From positions 5,560 through 69,559 of the IMG/VR virus record IMGVR_UViG_3300039098_000071: 64,000 nucleotides of DNA. One strand, written 5' to 3'. A model generated the notes under the pieces. That model saw only the letters and a program-made list of their open reading frames with translations. It did not search any database and had not been told where the DNA came from. Within the stretch, counting starts at the first letter, position 1, and each line of letters opens with the position of its first letter. A program made the translations under genes and the position numbers. The DNA comes from a virus. Shown here in pieces: positions 9,672 to 19,549 of the stretch.

Positions 9672-11084
9672 TCATAAAAATTCAACAGCCGTTACGCCGA
9701 GCTTCTGCATGTCAGCCGCAAAGCCTGCATCCTGTGTGTGGCTAGGTACGGTTGCATCGTCGAAAGCGGTTTTTCCCGCTGGCATTGCAGCGACCATTAC
9801 TTCCGCATCCGTGATTGCCTGCTCAACTGAAGCAGTCTTGAGTGTCATCATGTCTGCTCTCTTTGCTGACAACTTCGTAGCGTCAATGTTTCCATCCACC
9901 CTGTAAGGAGCAGATAGCACGCTTGATGCGGTCACGAGCTCAACGTATCTGTCAACGAGTGAGGCACGCTTGATCTCATCGATCGTGTCTGCCTTGACCG
10001 AGGCGAACATCGGCTGTAGGTCATCATTCGGCGTCATCTTCACAATCTCTGCGTCGTAATCTGCCTTCTGTTTCTCAAGAGCAAACTTGACAGCATCGTC
10101 AAGGTCCTCCTGTGTAAATGCGTCCGGTTCAGTGAGTTCCGGCGCTGCGTCTGGTATCGGTGATGGGGTGACCGCTGGGGGTTCCACCACCGGAGGCGCA
10201 TCTGCGGGAACCAAGGTTCCGGGTGTTTCAATATCTATTTCTGTCATATTAGTCACCTGTTGATTTAATGGTGCTGTTGCGGTCTTCGTTGCCTCATCAA
10301 GCAACTTGCGCAACATCCTTTCGGTGTTAGAGATGATTGTGTCTTGTTTTTCTTTGTCCGCATCGCATGACAGCTTTACTTGCTTTACTCTGCTCAGTGC
10401 GTTGCGTAAATGTGGCAAATCAATCTTACCATCGTTGTCTTTGTATGGTAGGTGCCGCAGATTCTTGTTATCGCTAGTCTCGCCGTAGCACGACTCGATG
10501 TATGCGAAACTTGAATCGGGGAGCGAGTTTATGTATGCGGTTGACCATTCCGCCGCATGCATGACCGCTGCCGCTACCATCTCGAATTTTGAGCCAGTAT
10601 AAGCCGGCTTTGCTGGAGGAGTAAACAGTGCTATGGATTGCGGCATCATCTGCTCAAGCATGCCGGTCTGTTCAAAGTCTGCTGTAACCTGCTCAACTGT
10701 ACCGGTTGCACTCCACGAGCCCTGCCCAAATGGGGTCCAGGTGCCATTGGAGATCAACCCTGCCGCGGCTGGCTTTGTTACCGCTGCTGATGCGTGTATC
10801 CAGTTGCCGTCCTGCCACATCTTGGTGGTGTAACCGACCTGCGAATAATTATCGTTTGCAAGATCACAGGCATGCGGGTCAAGATCGTTGCAAACTCGGA
10901 TAGGAATTCCCACTCCTCTCTCAATTATGCTGTCAACCGCCGCGGTCGTGATTCCCCATTCTGCCAAATTCTTTTTACCGATCTCGATTAACGGACCTGA
11001 AATTTCTATTGCGTGTTCGGGGATGTTCTCAGTGCGCTCTGCTGCAACACAATACGATGAAGCAGGAATGGCGATTGATTGCAT
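9672..11084 (-). CDS. prohead protease/scaffold fusion
   Basis: Between portal and capsid genes; N-terminal protease-like part (H...VG...WSA...PAY), acidic Pro-rich linker and helical C-terminus. Confidence 0.65.
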   Translation of the reverse strand: MQSIAIPASSYCVAAERTENIPEHAIEISGPLIEIGKKNLAEWGITTAAVDSIIERGVGIPIRVCNDLDPHACDLANDNYSQVGYTTKMWQDGNWIHASAAVTKPAAAGLISNGTWTPFGQGSWSATGTVEQVTADFEQTGMLEQMMPQSIALFTPPAKPAYTGSKFEMVAAAVMHAAEWSTAYINSLPDSSFAYIESCYGETSDNKNLRHLPYKDNDGKIDLPHLRNALSRVKQVKLSCDADKEKQDTIISNTERMLRKLLDEATKTATAPLNQQVTNMTEIDIETPGTLVPADAPPVVEPPAVTPSPIPDAAPELTEPDAFTQEDLDDAVKFALEKQKADYDAEIVKMTPNDDLQPMFASVKADTIDEIKRASLVDRYVELVTASSVLSAPYRVDGNIDATKLSAKRADMMTLKTASVEQAITDAEVMVAAMPAGKTAFDDATVPSHTQDAGFAADMQKLGVTAVEFL

Positions 11085-11174
11085 GCTTCGCTACTTTAAT
11101 CAAGCAAGTATATAAACCCCTAATTATCGTTATGTCACGTTATGATGTGCGATATATACCGATATACTACCAGA

Positions 11175-12566
11175 TCATGCATAACTCTCTTCCGGCATCT
11201 GCTCCGGAAACCCTGCCCTGCGTCGGAGTTCTGCCTGTGTGATGTCTCCGTTCAATCGCATCTCGATCAGATCGCGTGATGATATGTCTGGAGTGAAAAG
11301 CGGTTCTGCAAACAGCGTGACTGTCTCGGACTTGATGCCGATTTGTTCTAGCCACGGCAAGATGATCTCTGCTTCCATCGTTGCAAAGAATGTATCTCGC
11401 ATTGAGGACACGAGATCATAATCATTTTTAGATACGGTTGATCCTGAGTTGGTCCATGCATTCCCAACATCACCACCCGTTACATCGGACTGTAAGAGCC
11501 CTCGGTTGATCTCTTTGATGAGAGCATCTCGGTATTTTACAATGTCGATCGTGCCACCGGGTGTCAGCATCTTAACGTCATCGCCCGCGGTTATTATGTC
11601 TTCGGTTGACTTGATTTTTTGGATCGCTGCGGTGTTGGCTTCTTGCACGGTCGTTGCCTGTGTATGCGTGATCTCACCTGCGGCGAGTGCACGAGACAAT
11701 TCTCGCATGTCGATATGTAGCCTGCCGAGTCCGTGACGTTTTATATATTCGTTGTAATAATAAGTTGCATTCAGTAGAGATTTGAGTGGCGCCTCGATGT
11801 ACGGAACCATGCTATCTCCATACATACCGAAGGTTGACCTGCCTTTTATATCCGTGAAATAATTGTATTTCGACCACATCCGGAACAGCGCAACATCATC
11901 ACGCTCATAAACGATCTGCCCAGAGTTCCCCTCATCATGAACGATCTTCGTGATATCACCGTGCGCCAAAACCTGCGTATCAATCGTACCAGGTGTTTCT
12001 TTTTCTGTCAACAACGAAATATAATCCATCGGCTGGACCACCGGCTTGGTCAAATCATCATCCGTATCTTTTACGATCACTACTGCCGTGCCCATTTCGC
12101 ACAATGTTCTGGCTACATCCTGTGACAGCGCAGAGAAATCAAGATCGGTCATCAGTGCGTCAATCTCAGACTGATCACTTTCATCACCGACTAAGCGCAT
12201 CCCGTCTGTTAATTTCAGTGATAACGAAATGAATGCTCTGGAGACCTGCGCAGACATGCCTGATCTGGCGATCGCATAATATTTTGAGAATGTGTTCTCC
12301 GTGTCGACAACAAACTTTCCATAATACTCTGTTCCGGCGACCTCGGTATCCCGCGTGGTAGGAATGCCGCTGATCGCAGCAGCAAGCATAGCGACCGAGT
12401 CATTCCGTGGTACGATCGCATGTTTCTGCGTGTACCGAGAGACCTGTGTCCTCGTGATACCCTTTCCCACTGCCGTTGCAATCATAGCAGGAGGTGTGGA
12501 TTCACGGTACATCGCCATGACTGAGCCGCCGACACCGAGTCGGTCAATATTGGATTGCCGGGTCAT
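11175..12566 (-). CDS. portal protein
   Basis: 463 aa upstream of the protease; GTAVV, GMYGDSM and C-terminal GDITQAELRRRAGF motifs. Confidence 0.7.
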   Translation of the reverse strand: MTRQSNIDRLGVGGSVMAMYRESTPPAMIATAVGKGITRTQVSRYTQKHAIVPRNDSVAMLAAAISGIPTTRDTEVAGTEYYGKFVVDTENTFSKYYAIARSGMSAQVSRAFISLSLKLTDGMRLVGDESDQSEIDALMTDLDFSALSQDVARTLCEMGTAVVIVKDTDDDLTKPVVQPMDYISLLTEKETPGTIDTQVLAHGDITKIVHDEGNSGQIVYERDDVALFRMWSKYNYFTDIKGRSTFGMYGDSMVPYIEAPLKSLLNATYYYNEYIKRHGLGRLHIDMRELSRALAAGEITHTQATTVQEANTAAIQKIKSTEDIITAGDDVKMLTPGGTIDIVKYRDALIKEINRGLLQSDVTGGDVGNAWTNSGSTVSKNDYDLVSSMRDTFFATMEAEIILPWLEQIGIKSETVTLFAEPLFTPDISSRDLIEMRLNGDITQAELRRRAGFPEQMPEESYA

Positions 12567-12976
12567 GACTGCTCCTTATGCGCGCCGCTCAAAAATTCAA
12601 ACGTGACGTCCGCATTTGGATTAATCACATTAAAAAAGAGATCACATGACACGAGCTCCTCGGATTCGCTTTTGGGTATGGTGGTCAAGTTGGTGAAAAA
12701 ACAGTTTCTACATGTGATTTTGCCAAATCCGGTTTCATCGGTTCGGACTCGTCCAGTCACTGTAAACATATTTGCTTCGTCGGGTGGTATCCGTGCGTCT
12801 TGTAACACACGTATCAACTTGGCAGTGAACAGTGCGTATGAAATGTGTCCATCAAAATATCTCCGGAATGGTGGAAACCGCGCACCGTCAACAATACCAA
12901 ATGTGGCATCAAACATGGTCGGTGATGCAGTATCACCAATCACAAGAACCCCGTCATCACATTGATACTGCGTCAT
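12563..12976 (-). CDS. beta-rich protein, paralog of 13431..13850
   Basis: Shared DG.L.I...ATF.I, C..C[FY] and V.CD..F...[ND]P pattern. Confidence 0.55.
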   Translation of the reverse strand: MTQYQCDDGVLVIGDTASPTMFDATFGIVDGARFPPFRRYFDGHISYALFTAKLIRVLQDARIPPDEANMFTVTGRVRTDETGFGKITCRNCFFTNLTTIPKSESEELVSCDLFFNVINPNADVTFEFLSGAHKEQS

Positions 12977-13380
12977 GACTGCTCCTCATATTCCCCGATC
13001 CTGCGCCCGGTCGATCCCACCACGGATATACCGAGCGGTGTATTGTACTTCTTTCCGTGTAATGCAAGATACTGCCCTATCCACTTGTTGGCAGTACTAA
13101 AATAGTAATCAGGCTGCGATTCGTTCCCGTCCGACCGCTGGAATCCGTCAACCTTGTAATTTGATCTTGGATCGAGTTCGCCCGGCGCAGAAGCAATCAG
13201 AGCACAGGCGAGATTGTTTACGGCATATGACAGCGTGTTATTGCTTGCCGGAGTAGTAAGACCGTTCGCAAGCAAGATATCATCAACCAATCCCCTCGCA
13301 ACAATTAGCTGCCGATCTACCAACGCGGTATTACTCGACTGACATAAATCAATTATCTCTTGTGCTGATCCGAGAGCCAT
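12973..13380 (-). CDS. putative head-tail adaptor (gp15/gp6-like)
   Basis: 135 aa helical protein (A...VD...L.YA..NLACALI...SNYKVDG), own TATA box at about 13405-13412. Confidence 0.5.
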   Translation of the reverse strand: MALGSAQEIIDLCQSSNTALVDRQLIVARGLVDDILLANGLTTPASNNTLSYAVNNLACALIASAPGELDPRSNYKVDGFQRSDGNESQPDYYFSTANKWIGQYLALHGKKYNTPLGISVVGSTGRRIGEYEEQS

Positions 13381-13430
13381 CCAGACGTTATTTATTCGTG
13401 CTGGTATAAAAATGATGCGGCGATATGATT

Positions 13431-13850
13431 CTATTCATCCCATGTGATCACCAGGTTCGCAGGATCACACAACCTGAATACAAAATCGCACACAACACTT
13501 TGATCACCAACATGAAATCGTTTTATGGCTCTCATGCTCTTTCCACCCACGAGATAACATTCTTTACAACACGCCTGTATTGTAACATCATCACGGAGTA
13601 TATGCCCACTGAGTATGAAAGATGGCTTTTCGGGGGGCGTATCTGATACGGATACACTGCGACACAAAAGAGACGCAACTGCGGCGGTGACATTGATACA
13701 CGACACACGACCAGATACCCATGACACCGGCTTATGCAAAGCAGACGGAACACTCGTGCGCACGCATATATCAAACGTTGCATTACTATCAATACCATCG
13801 ATGATTAATGATCCATCGATCGCGGCAATGTGGGTCTCAACAGTCATCAT
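13431..13850 (-). CDS. beta-rich protein, paralog of 12563..12976
   Basis: Same shared pattern as 12563..12976. Confidence 0.55.
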   Translation of the reverse strand: MMTVETHIAAIDGSLIIDGIDSNATFDICVRTSVPSALHKPVSWVSGRVSCINVTAAVASLLCRSVSVSDTPPEKPSFILSGHILRDDVTIQACCKECYLVGGKSMRAIKRFHVGDQSVVCDFVFRLCDPANLVITWDE

Positions 13851-14254
13851 GCCATCTCCGATATTTCCCGTTTGATCCGGTCGAGCAACGCATGAACATC
13901 ATCCTCCAAATATTCATCTACAATGTCGAGCAAGAGATCGTTGATGATCCGGATGTCTTCTGCCACCGAACGATGCGCGGAATCATGCACGGACGCCGAC
14001 GTCCATATCGTCTGTGTAACCCCAGCATATTTCAGGCGGTATTTGGCAATGGAGATGGGCTCGTACTCCGGCCAGTCCAATTTCTTTTTAAGATCACATT
14101 CAAGCGTTCGTTTTTGCTTCAACTTGCGATCATTATAACACCGGGCAAGGTCATACGTATCAAAAACGTGTGGCTTGCGTTTGGATCCACACAGTATACT
14201 TGTGCCGTAGAGTACGGAGTACCACCCGTCCTGTCGGTTAGTGTCCGTGTTCAT
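13847..14254 (-). CDS. hypothetical protein
   Basis: Start reassigned to MNTDT (ATGA overlap, GGTGA RBS). Confidence 0.6.
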   Translation of the reverse strand: MNTDTNRQDGWYSVLYGTSILCGSKRKPHVFDTYDLARCYNDRKLKQKRTLECDLKKKLDWPEYEPISIAKYRLKYAGVTQTIWTSASVHDSAHRSVAEDIRIINDLLLDIVDEYLEDDVHALLDRIKREISEMA

Positions 14255-14559
14255 TGCTTCACCCAGTTTTCCGAACCACATAGTGGGCATTTCCCACCGT
14301 CGCGGCACGCGTCAAATTTCACAACCGCCATGACTGCGTAAGAAGCTTGAAACTCAGTCATACCATGGCGTGGGTCTGCTTCATCTATGAGGTCTGCAAA
14401 CAACGGCGACGCCTGCATAAGTTGGTCGGCAGGAAATGCCTGGTACACGTCGATCGCGCTGAAATCAAGCTCATCCACGTGCTTTTTCATCAACTCGATG
14501 AGGTGATTCACTTCGTGTGACTCTTCGCACGCCTTGATCATCGCGTCGTACATGATCAT
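14251..14559 (-). CDS. hypothetical protein ending in a half zinc ribbon (CPLCGSENW)
   Basis: Start MIMYD at an ATGA overlap; C-terminus shared with the upstream gene. Confidence 0.6.
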   Translation of the reverse strand: MIMYDAMIKACEESHEVNHLIELMKKHVDELDFSAIDVYQAFPADQLMQASPLFADLIDEADPRHGMTEFQASYAVMAVVKFDACRDGGKCPLCGSENWVKQ

Positions 14560-14741
14560 CGCTTCACCCAGTTCTTTGAGCCGCATAATGGACATCTGCC
14601 GCTCCCGCGATGAGCAAGCATCCAGTACGCCACACCAGGCAAGATCGCAAAGCACAGCAGTATGAACGTTATGATGAGACTGGCGCCCTTCGTTGGCGTC
14701 ACGTACTGATCACAGTTTCCGCAAAATTTCTGTTTTGTCAT
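14556..14741 (-). CDS. 61-aa membrane-interrupted zinc-ribbon protein (LITAF-like topology)
   Basis: CGNC - hydrophobic segment - CPLCGS. Confidence 0.7.
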   Translation of the reverse strand: MTKQKFCGNCDQYVTPTKGASLIITFILLCFAILPGVAYWMLAHRGSGRCPLCGSKNWVKR

Positions 14742-14950
14742 TTGATCCTCCCACCGAGTCGGATTGCATACATCCCAAACCCGATCAGAACAACGGCAGC
14801 AGCCGCACCAGCCGACACAAGGCACACAAAGCACAGCTCGGTGAATGTTGTTACAGACGGATTCGTTGATAAGAATGCCAGTGCATACCGCAACTCCATC
14901 ACAGCGGCAATGATAAGTACGACCGGTGCCACATAGCGCATTCCTTTCAT
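14738..14950 (-). CDS. small two-TM membrane protein
   Basis: Two hydrophobic stretches; ATGA overlaps on both sides. Confidence 0.55.
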   Translation of the reverse strand: MKGMRYVAPVVLIIAAVMELRYALAFLSTNPSVTTFTELCFVCLVSAGAAAAVVLIGFGMYAIRLGGRIK

Positions 14951-15507
14951 TCGAGCACCCGTCCACGTCGATCGTGGTATGGACAATCAGCACACCCTAT
15001 CTCTACTGCACGTGTGCGCTCGCCACATACGACATCGCGCCACATCGCGCCACGTTGTCGGTGCACTTGCTTGTTGGTGTCTTCGAGCATGGAACGTGAC
15101 TTGTAGTGTTCGACCGACGGCAAAGCACAACGACACCTTGCCGGTATGCGCTGATCGAATAACAGATCATGTTTGCGCTGCGACTTAAGCAGCCTGCCCA
15201 ATGCTATGATCTCGCCGCGTGTCTGATTGAATACGTCGTTCCTGCTGCACACAGCAACACATGAGAACCCATATTCTGCCAGCCGATGCTTCATGAATGC
15301 TCCGATTGATTCACCGTCTGCCATCTCGCCGCGTGCAATCACACGTGCTGCATTGTGTGTGCAACGAGACAATTCGGCTGTATCAATCGGATCAACCGAC
15401 GCTATTGTCACCGCGCGCGGTAACGGTGACGACGGAAGCAGCAGCGAGATGTATACACGGTCACACGTTTTGCTGAGTGCTTTATGAAGCTGTTTAACTG
15501 TTGTCAT
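14947..15507 (-). CDS. phage protein with AVCS..D.F...RG.IIAL.RL motif, tandem paralog 2
   Basis: Shares PLPRAVTIASVDPID with 15494..15856; GGAGG RBS before MTTVK. Confidence 0.7.
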   Translation of the reverse strand: MTTVKQLHKALSKTCDRVYISLLLPSSPLPRAVTIASVDPIDTAELSRCTHNAARVIARGEMADGESIGAFMKHRLAEYGFSCVAVCSRNDVFNQTRGEIIALGRLLKSQRKHDLLFDQRIPARCRCALPSVEHYKSRSMLEDTNKQVHRQRGAMWRDVVCGERTRAVEIGCADCPYHDRRGRVLE

Positions 15508-15856
15508 TTCTTGTTTCCTCCTTGTTATGTGACCCAAGCAGCCGCTCGAGTGCTATGATCTGGTCACGTGTCCGATCAAATTCGTCGTCCCTACTACACA
15601 CAGCAACACCAATGAATCCACGCTCTGCCAACTGTTGCGTCACGAATGCATCGACGGATTCCCCTGCTGGGATATCCCCATGGACAATCGAACTCACCGC
15701 ATGCCACATGCAAACAGATAGTTCGTCGAGATCGATTGGATCAACTGATGCAATGGTCACCGCGCGCGGTAATGGCGGTGAGTAGAGTGCAAATGACACG
15801 TACACATCGTCACAGATTCCAGCAAACTCTTTGCTGAGTTGTTTAACGGTTTTCAT
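15494..15856 (-). CDS. phage protein, tandem paralog 1
   Basis: Clear paralog of 14947..15507. Confidence 0.7.
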   Translation of the reverse strand: MKTVKQLSKEFAGICDDVYVSFALYSPPLPRAVTIASVDPIDLDELSVCMWHAVSSIVHGDIPAGESVDAFVTQQLAERGFIGVAVCSRDDEFDRTRDQIIALERLLGSHNKEETRNDNS

Positions 15857-15876
15857 TTCTTGGTTTCCTCCATAAC

Positions 15877-16062
15877 TTATCCCACGTATGTTCTACAGAT
15901 ATGCGCATCATCCAGTTCATCCATTCGTAACTCGGTCGAATCTCGGTCGTTGCGCATCAGTCTGATCAGGATGTCGTCGTACGTCTCACCTTTGATACCA
16001 TGTGTCCGGAGCTGGTTTCTGACACCCTTCGTTACAGATATAGTTGTTAATTCAGTGTCCAT
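15877..16062 (-). CDS. RHH/antitoxin-like DNA-binding protein
   Basis: TTISVTKGVRNQL..HG.KGETYDDILIRLM archaeal RHH pattern; start lies 24 nt after TTTAAGTA. Confidence 0.75.
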   Translation of the reverse strand: MDTELTTISVTKGVRNQLRTHGIKGETYDDILIRLMRNDRDSTELRMDELDDAHICRTYVG

Positions 16063-16098
16063 TATATCGTTATACGCATTCATAGTACTTAAATGCTG

Positions 16099-16545
16099 TC
16101 ATGAATCGGTGTGCTGTCTATCACACGCTTGCTCCGGAAGCGACAATGTCCATGTAGCCGGCTTATCGTCGGACTTCATGAGGATTCCGTACTTCCGCCT
16201 GATCTGCGCAAGCTTCTGATGCGTGATCGAAGACACCGAGTCCTTCGCGACCTCCACACACGTGAACGACCAGCGGTCCTGTGCGATACAGAAATCATAG
16301 ATCTCTTGAATTATGTCTGCATGCCGATAGTGCCGGTACAATCGCAATGGGTCATCATACAGTTCGCCATAGTACTCGATCGCCTCTTCACGCCCCATGC
16401 GCTTTGCTTGCGGGGAGGACAGCAGCATGCTCACGTATTTGCACTTCTCGCTACACAGACGAGCAGACGGGTGTTGTGGAGGAAAGAACCCCCCACATAT
16501 CCGGCAGGGAATGTTCACTTTATACCTCACAATAAGAAGGTCCAA
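16099..16545 (-). CDS. zinc finger plus putative wHTH protein, family copy 1
   Basis: CRICG..F...CSEKC, MGREEAIEYYG..YDDPLR, IYDFC; paralogs at 46082 and 46814. Confidence 0.7.
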   Translation of the reverse strand: MDLLIVRYKVNIPCRICGGFFPPQHPSARLCSEKCKYVSMLLSSPQAKRMGREEAIEYYGELYDDPLRLYRHYRHADIIQEIYDFCIAQDRWSFTCVEVAKDSVSSITHQKLAQIRRKYGILMKSDDKPATWTLSLPEQACDRQHTDS

Positions 16546-16804
16546 ATGCTTTAAACGTCTTTATTATACGCATCCGTACACCAAACACCCGCACCATGCC
16601 AGTTGTCCGATCCGCAACAACACAGCCCTTTGGCGGCGATCCTTCGAGCACATGAGTTTCCACCCTGTATTTCGAGTCGTCATACGACATCAATTCTGAT
16701 GACAGCCATTCCCGAGGACACGAACCACATCCATAACGGTCCTCAGCATACTGCTTTGCTTTGTTAACGCATTCTACAAATAGCGTCTCTCTTGTTTGTT
16801 TCAT
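16520..16804 (-). CDS. hypothetical protein
   Basis: 94 aa with GAGG RBS, downstream of MCM. Confidence 0.5.
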   Translation of the reverse strand: MKQTRETLFVECVNKAKQYAEDRYGCGSCPREWLSSELMSYDDSKYRVETHVLEGSPPKGCVVADRTTGMVRVFGVRMRIIKTFKAFGPSYCEV

Positions 16805-16816
16805 GAATATACCTCA

Positions 16817-18976
16817 CTAATTGGGATTCTGTCTGTAATGTTCAACCGTGCTTTCCACAAGTCCTGCAGGTGCACCCATGTCTTCCAGCTTTGCAGTGAT
16901 CATCGCGAAGCCTGGCGCGCGCATGTAGTAGCGCGGTATGCCTTCGTACTCTTTCATCTCGGTGTGGACCAACTTCTTGATCGTCTCGATCGTCCACTCT
17001 GCGGGGGGTGCATATTTTGCAGTCGGTGCATGGCTCAACTCGGACACGTCAACCCACTCACATGTTTTACTCCACAGTTCCCGCACAAAATCAAAATCCA
17101 TATCTGTAAGCACCGAACGTCCATTGATCTGTGCGGACAACTCGAGAAGCAGAGTAATGTCTTGTCCCACTCGGTTACTATGGATAGTATCATGCTTGCG
17201 CAGTTCATTAACAAAATCAAGTATTCTGTCGCTGTCGTTTTCCCGATTGACCTGTATCTTGCTACACACTGTGAAATAATCATGGATCGCTGGGTTATAT
17301 AACAATTTCGATAACACGATGTCACTGATCTTCGTATCATGTGCATCGAGATGATGTTTATCAAGTTGCCGAGATCTATTCCGAATGAAAAATAAGATCA
17401 TCCACCGATCCACATCAGGGTATGGCTGTCCGGTATGCCAGTCCAGCCCCCGATCGTGCCACTCATTGATCATTGCTCCATGCGCGTTCTCTTCTGAGAA
17501 GGGTGTGTGCACACCGTCGTCATGATCACGAATCCAGGCGAACTCGAATCGTTTTTGTTCATTGGTCACCTGTGGTAATGGATTAGATGTGCCGATAACA
17601 CAAGCACTCTTCAACAACGATGTCCTATTCCCTGCCACCTCCTTACTGATCATAGAACTACGCAACACCGAACGCAACAATGGCATCATTTTCGATGCTT
17701 GCATGTATACCTCATCGATCACAACCATGTTATACCGCGATAGCAGCCCTGCCTCGGGCACGGTAACCGTCGAATCATTTACCTTTAGCTGCGCAGTGGA
17801 ACCATACAATCCGGGTCCTGACAATGATATAGCCTCCTGTATCTTAAATTGCTGGGTTATAGACGCCAAACAAAATCGGGGGGTGCTTGTCTTGCCTACT
17901 CCGGGTTCTCCGATTGCCAGCACGTTAGCAGACGTGTATCCCTGCAAGTTCGCAAGATATGAAAGCAATATCGCTGCTTTATACCAATCCATCCCGTGTA
18001 TGTGCTTGCCGAGCCGATCATCATGTTGTGCGTCAATCTTGGATATGAGTTGCCACACAACATGTTCACCTGGCGACAATTCGATGGAGGATGGATTCGG
18101 CATGACATCATCAACAGAGATCATAAACAGATGATACCCTGATCGAGTGTTGCGCAAGAACACAGCAGCATTGAATTCCCCAGACGGAACCGGCACCAAT
18201 GAAATGATTGGAAGATCGTTAAAGTCGTCTGTGATAACTTGTGATACATACCCCGCGCATGACAGATCTTTCGAGGGGGACCGAGTCATCTTACGTCCAC
18301 ACTCTTCGTGATCACACAAAAGGTCCTTGCGCTCAAAAGAGGACATCATCGAGTTCCCGCACACACACGAGTAGTGATATGCAAGCGGAATCGCAATCCT
18401 GGGGTTTCCACCAACGTGATTGAGTTTTATTATCTGGATGCGCTCAAGTTCGGTGTAGTCAAGAGACCGCACACACTGATTGAGATGTGATGAGAAGCCA
18501 TATACCGTATATGGATTTTTCCGGAGTGTGTCCATGGTATTTGTGTAATCAAACACCATATCAACAGGGATGTCTCCGTTAACTTCAACACATCGTTTGT
18601 ATTCCGCAAACTCATGCCGTTTCTGAATGTTGTCACCGATGCGTCGGACACATTCCATAAAGAACCAGTCTGTAAAAAACCCGTCATGGTCTACAACATC
18701 ACATTTTCTCAATTGTGACCGCATCACATTTTTCGATTGCGCAGTGTAATCGGCGCCATTGAAGACGTCGTCGCAGTGTGGGGTTCGTCCGTAATTGAGA
18801 TAATGCGGTCGTAACAACTCAAATGTTTTTGTGTACCTTCGCCGCTGTTCGCCTTTGCTTCGTAGGATGTCCTTTGTAACATCTAAAAAACGTTTTTCAT
18901 TTCCCTCAAAATATTTCGCATATTTGACATAATGGGCTTCTTGTTCGCGCAGAGCATCTGGGGACAGCATCGACAT
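16817..18976 (-). CDS. mcm: divergent MCM-family replicative helicase
   Basis: Zn finger CVCG...CDHEECG, Walker A GEPGVGKT, SGPGL, EAGLL, Walker B VVIDE, sensor-1 IGTSNP. Confidence 0.8.
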   Translation of the reverse strand: MSMLSPDALREQEAHYVKYAKYFEGNEKRFLDVTKDILRSKGEQRRRYTKTFELLRPHYLNYGRTPHCDDVFNGADYTAQSKNVMRSQLRKCDVVDHDGFFTDWFFMECVRRIGDNIQKRHEFAEYKRCVEVNGDIPVDMVFDYTNTMDTLRKNPYTVYGFSSHLNQCVRSLDYTELERIQIIKLNHVGGNPRIAIPLAYHYSCVCGNSMMSSFERKDLLCDHEECGRKMTRSPSKDLSCAGYVSQVITDDFNDLPIISLVPVPSGEFNAAVFLRNTRSGYHLFMISVDDVMPNPSSIELSPGEHVVWQLISKIDAQHDDRLGKHIHGMDWYKAAILLSYLANLQGYTSANVLAIGEPGVGKTSTPRFCLASITQQFKIQEAISLSGPGLYGSTAQLKVNDSTVTVPEAGLLSRYNMVVIDEVYMQASKMMPLLRSVLRSSMISKEVAGNRTSLLKSACVIGTSNPLPQVTNEQKRFEFAWIRDHDDGVHTPFSEENAHGAMINEWHDRGLDWHTGQPYPDVDRWMILFFIRNRSRQLDKHHLDAHDTKISDIVLSKLLYNPAIHDYFTVCSKIQVNRENDSDRILDFVNELRKHDTIHSNRVGQDITLLLELSAQINGRSVLTDMDFDFVRELWSKTCEWVDVSELSHAPTAKYAPPAEWTIETIKKLVHTEMKEYEGIPRYYMRAPGFAMITAKLEDMGAPAGLVESTVEHYRQNPN

Positions 18977-18982
18977 GCTCCA

Positions 18983-19129
18983 TCACGCATCGGCGGTTAT
19001 CAACAATGTTCTAATCGCGGTTCTGATTAAGTCACTGCGATTGAGGTATGCGCCGCTCGACACCAACTTCTCGATCTTTTCTCCGTCGTCTGCGGAGAGT
19101 TGACAGGATACATAGACAACTGATCTCAT
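18983..19129 (-). CDS. 48-aa CopG/RHH regulator (not in ORF track)
   Basis: MRSVVYVSCQLSADDGEKIEKLVSSGAYLNRSDLIRTAIRTLL: LV..G.Y.NRS..IR.AIR signature. Confidence 0.8.
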   Translation of the reverse strand: MRSVVYVSCQLSADDGEKIEKLVSSGAYLNRSDLIRTAIRTLLITADA

Positions 19130-19310
19130 ATATTACACTCACACGCTATGCTATATATATGTTTCGTGTGGTTGTGTTGGCGTATTCGAGTATTTATATA
19201 TTAACATCCTCTGTAGTTGTGCATACTACATACATACATACATTACACACAAATACCATTTATACATTCATTCATTCATTCATACCTCAAATACTGTGTA
19301 CAGAAAATAT

Positions 19311-19549
19311 TTTGTGTTAATTGTGTTAAAAGTTAGCTACTGCTATCGATTTGCTTGTGTTAATTTTGTGTTAATTTTGTGTTAATTTTGTGTTAATAGC
19401 AAAAATAGTGTTAAACGTAATACTCATTTCATGGGGGCACACATTTTAACACTCTGCGCAGAATTAACACAAAATTAACACAAAATTAACACAAAATTAA
19501 CACAAGCAAATCGATAGCAGTAGCTAACTTTTAACACAATTAACACAAA
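19311..19549. repeat. perfect 87-bp inverted repeat (65-bp spacer) built from GTGTTAA iterons; putative replication origin
   Basis: 19311-19397 is the exact reverse complement of 19463-19549; each arm has four tandem ~11-bp TTTTGTGTTAA-type units plus two more TGTGTTAA. Confidence 0.9.

Noticed and set aside
19048-19320. 90-aa plus-strand ORF
   Set aside because: Runs through microsatellites and antisense to a convincing RHH gene
19311-19549. CRISPR array
   Set aside because: Repeats are 11-bp tandem units without unique spacers and form an inverted pair; I saw no cas genes or repeat-spacer pattern anywhere in the window
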